DNA from: Solirubrobacteraceae bacterium
GTDB lineage: Bacteria > Actinomycetota > Thermoleophilia > Solirubrobacterales > Solirubrobacteraceae
Direction: 5' to 3'
Assembly (NCBI GenBank): GCA_049697735.1
Contig: JBAVWI010000020.1
Coordinates: 7,174 to 71,173 of the forward strand
DNA length: 64,000 nt
Under the pieces are notes generated by a model. It had not been told where the DNA came from and did no database searches. It saw nothing but the letters and a program-made list of their open reading frames with translations. A program made the translations under genes and the position numbers. The first letter of the stretch is position 1. Every line of letters begins with the position of its first letter. This document shows positions 24,171 to 32,958 of the stretch, in pieces.

Positions 24171-25052
24171 GTGAATGACAAGCGTTGGCAGGAAGAACAG
24201 TTCGAGCTACAGCGTCCGCGCCTGCGCGCGGTCGCCTACCGGATGCTCGGATCGGTAACCGAGGCCGAGGACGCGGTCCAAGAGGCCTGGCTGCGACTGC
24301 ACGGCACAAGCGACGGAGCGATCGAGAATCTATCGGCCTGGCTGACCACAGTCGTCGGGCGCGTGTGCATCGACACCCTGCGAGCGCGTCAAACCAGACG
24401 CGAAGAGTTCCCGGGCGAATGGTCGCCCGAGCCGATCGTCAGCACCGACCAGAATCTCGACCCCGAACAGGAGGCGCTGCTGGCCGACTCGGTGGGGTTG
24501 GCGCTGCTGGTAGTGCTCGAGACGCTGACTCCGCCTGAGCGTCTGGCTTTCGTGTTGCACGACATGTTCGCGATGCCGTTTGACGAGATCGCTCCGATCG
24601 TGGAGCGCTCGCCGGAAGCGGCCCGGCAGCTGGCCAGTCGAGCCCGTCGCCGCGTTCGGGGCGCCACCCCAAGCCCGAACACCGATGTCAGCGGGCAGCG
24701 AGAGATCGTCGCCGCATTCCTAGCGGCTTCGCGAGCTGGAGACTTCGACGCTCTGCTCGCGGTGCTCGACCCGGACGTCGTGTTCCGCGCCGACGCCGGG
24801 AAGCTCACAGAGCTCGTCCGGCCACAGATACGCGGTGCCGTCGAAGTCGCGCGCTACAGCGCCTCCCAAGGCCCGCGCTTCGCGACCCTCTGCCACCCAG
24901 CGCTGGTCAACGGGGCCGGCGGACTCGTGATCCAGACCAAGCGCGGGCCGATCGGAGCCGTCGGCTTCACCGTCACTGGTGGCCGAATCGCCACCATTGA
25001 CCTGATCCTCGACCCGGAGAAGCTCGGCGCGATCGATGCCGATCGCGTGTAG
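24171..25052 (+). CDS. ECF sigma factor related to the ECF41/SigJ group (more divergent C-terminal extension)
   Basis: 293 aa. AEDAVQEAWLRL, WSPEP (GEWSPEPIV), a C-terminal SnoaL-like part with DAGK instead of DGGGK, and DPEKL. Confidence 0.8.
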   Translation: MNDKRWQEEQFELQRPRLRAVAYRMLGSVTEAEDAVQEAWLRLHGTSDGAIENLSAWLTTVVGRVCIDTLRARQTRREEFPGEWSPEPIVSTDQNLDPEQEALLADSVGLALLVVLETLTPPERLAFVLHDMFAMPFDEIAPIVERSPEAARQLASRARRRVRGATPSPNTDVSGQREIVAAFLAASRAGDFDALLAVLDPDVVFRADAGKLTELVRPQIRGAVEVARYSASQGPRFATLCHPALVNGAGGLVIQTKRGPIGAVGFTVTGGRIATIDLILDPEKLGAIDADRV

Positions 25053-25180
25053 GCACTGGCCGTCGCGCCTGTCGCGGCCGCCGGGCCCGGGTTAGTGGAA
25101 AGGCGCCTCAGGGAGTCGACGAGATTCTGGCCGGGAAGCGCCAAGCAGATCGGCTTCACGGCCCGGCTCATATTCCGGAG

Positions 25181-25540
25181 TCAAAGGATCCGGGGTTCGG
25201 CGGTCATCTTCCCCCCGGCGTCGCCGGTATTGACGGTATCCCTCGGCTCGATAAGCAAGACCTCCGCCCCCTCGCGAGCGTCAGGACAATGTTCGACGCC
25301 CTTTGGCACCACGAAGATCTCACCGGGATCAAGCTCGACGTCTCGATCTCGAAGGTGGATCGTGAGGTGCCCATTGACCACCAAGAGAAAGTCATCAGTT
25401 TCAGCATGCTGATGCCAGACAAACGGGCCTCTTACCTTGACGACTTGCAGCTTGTAGTCGTTGAGGTAGCCCACGACGCCGGGCTCGTAGGGCTGCTGCA
25501 ACATGGCGAGCTTGGCCGCTAGGTTGATCTTCTTGTTCAC
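25181..25540 (-). CDS. cupin domain protein
   Basis: 119 aa from GTG 25540 (GAGGGGGA ribosome-binding site). Contains FVWHQHAETDDFLLVVNGHLTIHL...GEIFVVPKGVEHCP (cupin motifs 1 and 2). The listed 209-aa ORF is over-extended. Confidence 0.8.
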   Translation of the reverse strand: MNKKINLAAKLAMLQQPYEPGVVGYLNDYKLQVVKVRGPFVWHQHAETDDFLLVVNGHLTIHLRDRDVELDPGEIFVVPKGVEHCPDAREGAEVLLIEPRDTVNTGDAGGKMTAEPRIL

Positions 25541-25587
25541 GGGGATCCCCCTCGATTGCCCTCCATGCTGTCCGGCGCGGGTCGCGA

Positions 25588-26214
25588 TCAGAACCCAACG
25601 GCCGCACGGATGAGGACGACGTGGATGCGGCCAGGATCCTCTTGGTGGATCTCGAGGATCTTGCCGACGCGGCTGTTGGTTCCGTAGGCCTCGAGGGTGC
25701 GGGCGTCCTCGAGCTTGAGGCTGTGCTGGTAAATCCGTTCGTGGGCCGCATCGAGGTCTCGGACGAGCTTCTGAGCACCGACGACGAAGATGACATTGGC
25801 CGCGCCCCACGCGTAGGAGACGAGCTGGCTCCCTAACGCAGACGCGACGACGAGCGTTCCGTCGCGCGTGATCGCATGGACGCTGCCGAGGGCGAAATCG
25901 GGCTGGCCCATGATCGCCTTGATCTCGAGTAGCTGGGTTGCGCGGTCGAGCGCCAGCACCTTCGTACGCGCCGAGTCATACCGCCCGCCGTTATCGATCG
26001 CCTGCGCGATCCCGGTCTCCTCCAGCGTCACCGAGGGATTGGTCATGACCGAGGAGCCTTCTGGGATGCGGGCGAGGACCGCGCGGCGCGCTGCGTCCAG
26101 GTCGTCGACGACGTCGACGCTGAACCCATGCTCGTCCATGCCGGCGACCGTCTCCGCGAGGGTCTCGTCGTCGGGCAGTGCGGCGAAGCGGTCTGGTGCA
26201 GAGTTCGTGGTCAT
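25588..26214 (-). CDS. LUD (lactate-utilisation LutB/C-like, DUF162) domain protein
   Basis: 208 aa from ATG 26214 (AGGGAG ribosome-binding site). ...GSVHAITRDGTLVVASALGSQLVSYAWGAANVIFVVGAQKLV... resembles LUD-domain proteins. Confidence 0.6.
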   Translation of the reverse strand: MTTNSAPDRFAALPDDETLAETVAGMDEHGFSVDVVDDLDAARRAVLARIPEGSSVMTNPSVTLEETGIAQAIDNGGRYDSARTKVLALDRATQLLEIKAIMGQPDFALGSVHAITRDGTLVVASALGSQLVSYAWGAANVIFVVGAQKLVRDLDAAHERIYQHSLKLEDARTLEAYGTNSRVGKILEIHQEDPGRIHVVLIRAAVGF

Positions 26215-26318
26215 CAGTGGCTCCCTATACGTGGTCATGGCTTGCGATCTTCTCCCGGGCGTTGAGAAAAGATCTTCACCGCACAAGACAAGGCCGCAGC
26301 CCCACATGTGACACGCCG

Positions 26319-28847
26319 CTAGGCCAGGATCTCGACGTACCCGTCCGTTCCATGCACGCGGATCCGCTGCCCATCCCGGATCAGCTGGGTAGCTTGCTCG
26401 ACCCCGACGACGGCCGGCAAGCCGTACTCCCGCGCGATCACCGCGCCGTGGGTCATCAGGCCCCCCACCTCCGTCACCAGGCCTTCGATCGCGAGGAACA
26501 GGGGCGTCCAGCTGGGGTCCGTGTAGGTGGTGACAAGGATGTCGCCGGCTTCGATGTCGGCCTGTGATACGTCGAGGATGACGCGGGCCCGCCCCTCGAT
26601 GGTCCCGGCCGAGACGGGTAGGCCCACCAGCGCGCCGGCCGGCAAATCGGCGCGTCGGTAGGAGCCGGCGATGACCTCGCCGTCTGAGGTGAGCACGCGG
26701 GGCGGCGTGAGCGCTTGGTAGGACCTGAACGCGTCCTTGCGCTGACGAATCAGCTGCTGGTCCAGCCGGCGGGTGCTCACGACGTCGTGGAGCTCCTGGA
26801 AGGTGAGGTAGAAGATGTCTTCCTCGTCACGAAGCACGTCTGCCTGCACGAGGCGCTCGGCTTCTTCCAGCAACGCCTGCTTGTAGACGAAGTAGCGGCT
26901 GACGATGCCGTACTTCGGGTACTCGCGGTACCCGATGAAGGTCCGGAGCCGGTCGATCATCCCCTTGGCCTGTTCGGCCTTCCTCCCTCCGTCTGCCAAG
27001 GGCCGCAGGCGCTCCAGCAGCTCTTGTTCCTTGCTCCGGGCCGCTTGCCGCCCTTGTTCGAGGCGCCGCTTGGCCTCGCCGGGCGTGAAGTTCCTGATGT
27101 TGTCGAGGATGACGGGCACGAGCGTGGTGGGGCGCTCGCTCCATCGTGGCCTGGTGATGTCGATCTCGCCGGCGCAGCGCATGCCGTACTTGTCGAGGTA
27201 GGCCCGGATGGCGTCCCGGGCTTCCCGGCCGCCCGCGAGCGTGGGCAGTTCGTCCAGGAAGCTCTCATCGTCGACGTGCTGCAGGAAAGCCACCACGTTC
27301 GGATGCGGGCGGATCACGTCCGCGACGTCCAGCAGGGCCAGCCCCATCTCCGACGTGACGTTGCCGGGGGCGGACTGCGTGAGTGTGTCGGCCGCGTTCT
27401 TCTCGCCCAGCCACTCCCGCAACTTGTCGTTAAGCCACCAAGTGGCCTCCATCCCCGCCATGATCGCCTGAGTGCTGAGCGGATCACTGAGGACTCGCTT
27501 GTGCTCCTTGAAGGCCTCCAGCAGAAAGTCGAACAGCGCAGGTCCGGATTTCGTCTGGATGTCGTCCTTCAAGGCGGCGATGGAAGCCTGGCTGCGCTCG
27601 ACCAGCTCGGTGACGATGGCCGGATCGGTGTCGATCTGAGCGGGCGCGCCTCCCACGGGCGGGCCGCCGGGGCGAGCGGGATCCACATCCGGGAGCGAGG
27701 GGAGGAAGTCGCCGCGTTCGAGGATGGTCTGCAGCGCGTCCCCGATCAGCGGATCGCCTCTCCCCATGACCTCTAGGAGACCTTCCCGAGTCGTCGGCGA
27801 AGCCAGTCGTTGGGTGACGTCGACGAACAGCCTGCCACCGGCCTCGTGCATCGGCACCATCGCCGTGAGCTGCCACACGGAGACCCCCAGGGGCCTCATC
27901 GCCTCGGTCATCATCTGCACATGACCGACTGAGACGTACACGTGGTTCTCTCGGTCGGCGGCCTCGGGGATCGGGAACAACGTCGTGATCGGCCGACTCT
28001 GGACGATCCAGAAGTCGCCCTCGGCCAGACACCATTCGATGTCCTGCGGGCAGCCGAAATGCGCTTCGATCCGCCGGCCGAGCTGCACGAGCCGCACGAC
28101 CTGCGCGTCCGTGAGCGCCGGCTGTTGTTGCCGCGCCGACACGACAACCTCGCCGTCTCGCACCGAGAAGGTGTCCGCGTTCACGAGGCCGGAGACAAGC
28201 GCCTCACCGAGGCCGAGGCTCGCTTCCACCGAGGCAACCTTCCGGCTGGAGGTGACGGGGTCGGCCGTGAACAGGATCCCGGCAGCCCGCGGGACGACCA
28301 TCTGCTGCACGACCACGGCCATCTGAACCGTGCCGAGGCCGAAACCGTTGCGTAGGCGGTAGGTCACGGCCCGCTCGCTGAACAGCGAGGCCCAGCACCG
28401 GCTCACGTGCTGGAGGACGGCCCCCGGGCCCACGACGTTCAGGTAGGAGTCGTACTGGCCAGCGAAGGATGCGCTCGGCAGGTCCTCCGCCGTCGCGCTC
28501 GATCGAACGGCGCAGGCCGCCTGCTCGCCGAGCCGGGCCAGCGCACGCGTAATCGCCAATGCCACATCGTCAGGGATCGCGATCCCCTCAACGGCCCGAC
28601 GGATCTCCGCGCTCAGCGCGCGGATCGCCTCCCCATCTTCCGGCTTCAGGCGCGACAGACGATCGAGCCGCTCGTCGATCGACGGCGCTTGCGCCAGGAT
28701 CCGCTGGAAGGCGTCCGTCGTCACGCAGAAGCCAGCCGGCACACGGATGCGTTCGATCCGCGAAAGCTCCCCCAGGTGCGCGCCCTTGCCCCCAACGACC
28801 GCAACCTGGGTGTGGTCGATCTCCTCGAAGTCCAACACGTAGCCCAT
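26319..28847 (-). CDS. PEP-synthase-like phosphotransferase, rifampicin phosphotransferase (RPH) architecture
   Basis: 842 aa from ATG 28847 (GGAGGTGA ribosome-binding site). N-terminal PPDK_N-type ATP-grasp (VGGKGAHLGEL...VRSSATAEDLPSASFAGQ), a long middle region, and a C-terminal swivel domain (TTYTDPSWTPLF...TEVGGLMTHGAVIAREYGLPAVVGV). Confidence 0.8.
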   Translation of the reverse strand: MGYVLDFEEIDHTQVAVVGGKGAHLGELSRIERIRVPAGFCVTTDAFQRILAQAPSIDERLDRLSRLKPEDGEAIRALSAEIRRAVEGIAIPDDVALAITRALARLGEQAACAVRSSATAEDLPSASFAGQYDSYLNVVGPGAVLQHVSRCWASLFSERAVTYRLRNGFGLGTVQMAVVVQQMVVPRAAGILFTADPVTSSRKVASVEASLGLGEALVSGLVNADTFSVRDGEVVVSARQQQPALTDAQVVRLVQLGRRIEAHFGCPQDIEWCLAEGDFWIVQSRPITTLFPIPEAADRENHVYVSVGHVQMMTEAMRPLGVSVWQLTAMVPMHEAGGRLFVDVTQRLASPTTREGLLEVMGRGDPLIGDALQTILERGDFLPSLPDVDPARPGGPPVGGAPAQIDTDPAIVTELVERSQASIAALKDDIQTKSGPALFDFLLEAFKEHKRVLSDPLSTQAIMAGMEATWWLNDKLREWLGEKNAADTLTQSAPGNVTSEMGLALLDVADVIRPHPNVVAFLQHVDDESFLDELPTLAGGREARDAIRAYLDKYGMRCAGEIDITRPRWSERPTTLVPVILDNIRNFTPGEAKRRLEQGRQAARSKEQELLERLRPLADGGRKAEQAKGMIDRLRTFIGYREYPKYGIVSRYFVYKQALLEEAERLVQADVLRDEEDIFYLTFQELHDVVSTRRLDQQLIRQRKDAFRSYQALTPPRVLTSDGEVIAGSYRRADLPAGALVGLPVSAGTIEGRARVILDVSQADIEAGDILVTTYTDPSWTPLFLAIEGLVTEVGGLMTHGAVIAREYGLPAVVGVEQATQLIRDGQRIRVHGTDGYVEILA

Positions 28848-28967
28848 CCGCTCACCTCCCTCGGAGTCGACCTGGTCAACTCCGCTCCTGTTCATTGGTT
28901 CCAGCCTGGGGCGGGCGATTATGGGGCACGAATCTCGGCCTCATGAGAGGCCCCGGCCTGGTATAAA

Positions 28968-29813
28968 TTGGAAGCGGAGAGGTGTGGGGAGCGGGTGGAG
29001 CTGTCACGTACGTTTACCTGGCGGGATCGCTCCGTCGCGTGGCAGCGCATCGGGTCAGGACCGGCAGTGGTCATGTGTCACGGCACACCATGGTCTTCCG
29101 CGGTGTGGGTGCCCTTCGCCGAGGCCCTCAGCTGCGACTTCTCAGTGCATCTGTGGGACATGCCTGGTTACGGACAGTCCTCGAAGCAGGCGGACCATGC
29201 GGTCGATCTCGGGACGCAGGCCGAGCTGCTGAGCGATCTTCTGCGGCATTGGGACCTCGCGGCGCCGCACGTCGTCGCCCACGACTACGGCGGCGCGGTA
29301 TCTCTGCGTGCGCATTTGCTCCACGGCGCTAGCTATAGCTCCTTGGCGCTGGTCGACGTGGTGGCCCTGCGGCCGTGGGGGTCGGACTACTTCCGACTCG
29401 TTGGGCAGAATGCGGACGTCTTTGCCGCACAACCTCCCGCCATCCACAGAGGGGCGCTCGAGGCGTATATCGCGGGCGCCAGCCATCGCGGTCTGACGGC
29501 GCAGCAGATGGACATCCTGACGTCGCCGTGGCTCTCCAGTGAAGGCCAGCGCGCGTTCTATCGACAGATCGCAGCTGCGGATGAGCGCTTCACCGACGAG
29601 ATCCAGAACCGCTACTCCGAGCTGGACCTTCCGGTGAAGATCATCTGGGGTCGCCAGGACAGCTGGATCCCGCCCGACAGGGCCATCGGACTGAAGCAGA
29701 TGATTCCTGGAGCGGAGCTTGAGCTGGTCGACGGGGCAGGGCATCTGATCCACTACGACGCTCCCGTAAAACTGGCCATCGCCCTGCAACGGTGGCTCAC
29801 GAGCGTCAGGTAG
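28968..29813 (+). CDS. alpha/beta hydrolase (Asp-nucleophile epoxide-hydrolase/dehalogenase-like subgroup)
   Basis: VVMCHGTPWSSAVW...VVAHDYGGAV (Asp at the nucleophile elbow)...GAGHLIHYDAP. Start uncertain (TTG 28968 or GTG 28995). TGGTATAAAT lies at 28959-28968. Confidence 0.8.
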   Translation: MEAERCGERVELSRTFTWRDRSVAWQRIGSGPAVVMCHGTPWSSAVWVPFAEALSCDFSVHLWDMPGYGQSSKQADHAVDLGTQAELLSDLLRHWDLAAPHVVAHDYGGAVSLRAHLLHGASYSSLALVDVVALRPWGSDYFRLVGQNADVFAAQPPAIHRGALEAYIAGASHRGLTAQQMDILTSPWLSSEGQRAFYRQIAAADERFTDEIQNRYSELDLPVKIIWGRQDSWIPPDRAIGLKQMIPGAELELVDGAGHLIHYDAPVKLAIALQRWLTSVR

Positions 29814-29901
29814 ACGATCCGAGCGGATCGCCTCCGCGGGAGCGAGCCAGGCATGGCGCTCCGACGTCCTAGCTCGGCGCGGCGGGCTTGACATCATCCA
29901 T

Positions 29902-29921
29902 CCGTTAGTGCAGACTAACGG
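29902..29921. promoter_or_regulatory. inverted repeat CCGTTAGT-gcag-ACTAACGG directly upstream of the ArsR gene (candidate ArsR operator)
   Basis: 8-bp perfect arms with a 4-nt spacer, ending 6 nt before GTG 29928. TTGACA lies at 29888-29893. Confidence 0.5.
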
Positions 29922-29927
29922 TTAGTC

Positions 29928-30224
29928 GTGACTGACGGACTTTCAGCCCTGGGTGATCCCACCCGACGCGCGATCTTCGAGCGCCTGGCCGAACGGCCGT
30001 CAGCGGTCGGTGAGCTCGCCGAGCTGCTGCCGGTGAGCCGGCCGGCGGTCTCCCAACATCTGAAGGTGCTCAAGGAGGCCGGGCTCGTCTCCGACCGCGC
30101 CGAGGGAACCCGCCGGATCTATCAGCTCGACCCCGCCGGGGTGGACGCTCTACGCGCCTACCTCGACACATTCTGGAAACGATCCCTGGCCGCTTTTCAG
30201 GCGGCCGCAAAGGAGGAAGCATGA
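29928..30224 (+). CDS. ArsR/SmtB family transcriptional regulator
   Basis: LSALGDPTRRAIFERLAERPSAVGELAELLPVSRPAVSQHLKVLKEAGLV. Confidence 0.88.
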   Translation: MTDGLSALGDPTRRAIFERLAERPSAVGELAELLPVSRPAVSQHLKVLKEAGLVSDRAEGTRRIYQLDPAGVDALRAYLDTFWKRSLAAFQAAAKEEA

Positions 30225-30706
30225 CTGCCGCAATCGCAGGAACTTCGGTACAGAGGTCGACCGTCGTCGAGGCGCCCATCGAGCACGCCTTCAAGGTCTT
30301 CACCGAGGACATGGCAGCGTGGTGGGACCCCCAGCACCATCTGGTCGACGGCTTCAAGGAGATGGTGGTCGAGCTGCGCGTCGGGGGCCGGATCGTCGAC
30401 CACGCCCACGACGGCTCCACGTGCGCGTGGTCGCGCGTGCTGGCCTACGAGCCGCCCGAGCGGTTCGTGTTCAGCTGGGACATCAACCTCGCCTGGCAGG
30501 TCGAGAGCGACCCCGAGCGCGCCAGCGAGATCGAGGTCCGCTTCTTCAGCGAGGGCCCACGCCGCACGCGCGTCGAGCTCGAGCACAAGCATCTCGATCG
30601 CCACGGCGACGGCTGGGAGGCAATGCGCGACGCCGTCGGCTCCGCCAACGGCTGGGATCTCACACCCTATGCGGAGGTCGCGACGTCCACAGCCGCCACC
30701 CACTGA
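30221..30706 (+). CDS. SRPBCC / AHSA1 domain protein
   Basis: 161 aa. VVEAPIEHAFKVFTEDMAAWW...RFVFSW...EIEVRF. ATGA overlap with the ArsR stop. Same module as 4019-4791. Confidence 0.8.
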   Translation: MTAAIAGTSVQRSTVVEAPIEHAFKVFTEDMAAWWDPQHHLVDGFKEMVVELRVGGRIVDHAHDGSTCAWSRVLAYEPPERFVFSWDINLAWQVESDPERASEIEVRFFSEGPRRTRVELEHKHLDRHGDGWEAMRDAVGSANGWDLTPYAEVATSTAATH

Positions 30707-30765
30707 ACGAGTGCGACGCCGCGAGGCAACCGCAGGACGCGGGCCTAGGCGTAATGTGAGGGTCC

Positions 30766-31467
30766 GTGAGCTACCTTGAGCGCATCGTTGCCTCGCGGCT
30801 GGTTGCCTGCACGTGGGAGCAGGCCGCGCCGAGCGGGCGGGAGCAGCGCGTCGTTCCGGACGGGTGCGTGGATCTGATCTGGTCCGGGGAGCGCTTGAGC
30901 GTTGCCGGCCCCGACACGAGGGCACGGATCGTGAAGCTCGCGCCGGGGTCGCGGCTGGTGGGTGCGAGGGTGCGCCCCGGCGCCGCGGGAGCGGTCCTGG
31001 GTCTGCCCGTCTCGGAGTTGCGAGACGTTTCAGCGGATGCCGCCGAAGTGCTCGGAAGGGACGTGGTCGCGGCGCTGCTGGAGGAGCTGCAGGCGGGATC
31101 GAACCCACACGCGCTGCTGCTTCGGGCGCTGGAGCTGCGTGGGGTGCGTGGCATAGATCCGCTGGTGAGCGCCGCGGTGTCAGCGCTCGGGCGCCCGTCG
31201 GCCCGGGTCGACGGGGTCGCTGATCAGCTGGGGGTGAGCTCACGCCAGCTCCAGCGACGCGTCGGCGATGCCGTGGGCTACGGGCCGAAGGTGCTCCAAC
31301 GCGTGCTGCGGTTCCGGCGGTTGCAGGCGCTTCCCGACGGGCCACTGGTCGAGCTCGCGCTGGACGCGGGGTATGCCGACCAGGCGCACATGACTGCCGA
31401 GGTCACCCGACTGGCCGGGATGCCACCCGTCCGATTTCTCAAAGACCGCTCGCCGACCGCCGCGTAG
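30766..31467 (+). CDS. AraC-family transcriptional regulator (DUF6597-type N-domain plus HTH_18)
   Basis: C-terminal LGVSSRQLQRRVGDAVGYGPKVLQRVLRFRRL...LALDAGYADQAHMTAEVTRLAGMPP. GTG start. TAATGT (30752-30757) lies 8 nt upstream. Confidence 0.75.
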   Translation: MSYLERIVASRLVACTWEQAAPSGREQRVVPDGCVDLIWSGERLSVAGPDTRARIVKLAPGSRLVGARVRPGAAGAVLGLPVSELRDVSADAAEVLGRDVVAALLEELQAGSNPHALLLRALELRGVRGIDPLVSAAVSALGRPSARVDGVADQLGVSSRQLQRRVGDAVGYGPKVLQRVLRFRRLQALPDGPLVELALDAGYADQAHMTAEVTRLAGMPPVRFLKDRSPTAA

Positions 31468-31477
31468 TTTGTGATGC

Positions 31478-32374
31478 ATGCCAATCGATCGGTCTGCTGC
31501 TGAGAACTTCATCTGGTCCGTAGCCCGGCTGGTGGACCGCCAGCGCTATGGGCTTCTGTTCGCCGACGGGACCGCGGAAGCGGTCGTTGAGGCGCTGCGC
31601 GGTTACCGGAACCCTGACGGCGGCTTCGGGCACGCGCTCGAACCCGACCTCCGCTGCCCTAGCAGCCAGCCCGCGCCGACGCTGTACGCGCTCGAGATGC
31701 TGCACGAGGCGGGTGCGGCCGACGGCGAGCTCGCTCGCGGCGCGAGAGCCTGGATCGGGTCGATCGCCGAGCCCGACGGTGGCATTCCGATGGTCCTACC
31801 CGGCTTCGAGGGCTACCCACACTCACCGTGGATGGCCCCCGTGCCGGGGTCGTTCCTGACGCTCGCCTTCGCGGCGGCTTTCCACGCGGACGGCGTGCGT
31901 GATGACGCGTGGCTTGCCCGCGCCACCGAATGGTGCTGGCAGGCGATCGAAACCAGTGAGCAGCCAGGCGGCTATTGGCTGGCGTTCGCCTGTCGGTTCC
32001 TTGACGCAGTTCCCGATCGCGATCGCGCAAGCGCCGCGATCGACTCCCTGGCTACCCGGATCGACGTTTCGGCGTTCACGCCGTCAGGCGGCGTGGAGGG
32101 AGAAACACTCCGTCCTCTCGATATCTCGCCCCGCCCAGGCAGCCGGTCGCGCAAGCTGTTCAGCGAAGAACAGGTCGAGGCTCACCTCGATGCCGTCGAG
32201 GCCGAGCAACAGCCCGACGGTGGCTGGATGTTCGACTGGCTCGCCTGGTCCCCGGCCCAGACCAACGACTGGCGCGGCACGGTCACGATCCGCGCGCTCA
32301 CCTGGCTACACGACAACGGCCGCTTTACGGACTCCCTGGGTCAACCTGCCTCGGGTGCGGCCCGCCGTCGGTAG
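31478..32374 (+). CDS. prenyltransferase/terpene-cyclase-like alpha/alpha-toroid repeat protein (function unknown)
   Basis: Repeated xPDGGF/W motifs (RNPDGGFGH, EPDGGIPM, QQPDGGWMFDW), typical of squalene-cyclase/prenyltransferase repeats. Confidence 0.5.
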   Translation: MPIDRSAAENFIWSVARLVDRQRYGLLFADGTAEAVVEALRGYRNPDGGFGHALEPDLRCPSSQPAPTLYALEMLHEAGAADGELARGARAWIGSIAEPDGGIPMVLPGFEGYPHSPWMAPVPGSFLTLAFAAAFHADGVRDDAWLARATEWCWQAIETSEQPGGYWLAFACRFLDAVPDRDRASAAIDSLATRIDVSAFTPSGGVEGETLRPLDISPRPGSRSRKLFSEEQVEAHLDAVEAEQQPDGGWMFDWLAWSPAQTNDWRGTVTIRALTWLHDNGRFTDSLGQPASGAARRR

Positions 32375-32395
32375 GACTGCGTTTGGAGCCCAGCA

Positions 32396-32809
32396 ATGAA
32401 GATCGATTTTCTCTCAACCATCGCCGTGATCGCCCCCGATCCTCCCCTCAGCCGTCGCCTGTACGTAGACACACTGGGCCTGCCACTCCAGAGCGGCCCC
32501 GGCGAGGAGTACTTCCACAGCGAGCAGCTCCCGGGCTGCAAGCACTTCGGCGTCTGGCCCCTGCACGAGGCCGCACAGGCATGCTTCGACAGGCCGAGCT
32601 GGCCGAGCGATCGACCGGTCCCGCAGGTCAGCCTCGAATTCGACGTCAGCGACGCCGAGGCAGTCCAGGCGGCCGCGGACGAGCTCGCCGCGGCCGGCTA
32701 CGAGATCCTGCACCCCGCTCGCGAGGAGCCATGGGGACAGACAGTCACCCGCCTGCAATCACCCGAGGGATTCATCGTCGGGGTCAGCTACACGCCCGCC
32801 CTGCACTAA
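32396..32809 (+). CDS. VOC (glyoxalase-like) family protein
   Basis: 137 aa. RRLYVDTLGLPL...EEPWGQTVTRLQSPEGFIVGVSYTP. Confidence 0.7.
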   Translation: MKIDFLSTIAVIAPDPPLSRRLYVDTLGLPLQSGPGEEYFHSEQLPGCKHFGVWPLHEAAQACFDRPSWPSDRPVPQVSLEFDVSDAEAVQAAADELAAAGYEILHPAREEPWGQTVTRLQSPEGFIVGVSYTPALH

Positions 32810-32958
32810 CTAACGGCCGACTGACCGAGCGCGTCAGGGCTCGGCAGGTCTCCATTCGTGGGGCGCGGAGTCGGGTGATTTGGTTGGGCTAGAAATGAGC
32901 CTGGCGGGTGGTTGACGCTGGCAGTCGGTCCCCGCAGCCGCGTGGCTAGGATCGTTAT

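Noticed and set aside
28959-28968. TGGTATAAAT as an extended -10 promoter for the alpha/beta hydrolase.
   Set aside because: An AT-rich heptamer is striking in this genome. However, it overlaps the longest-ORF TTG start, and the spacing to the alternative GTG 28995 and its weak ribosome-binding site is unclear. It is noted in the feature evidence only.
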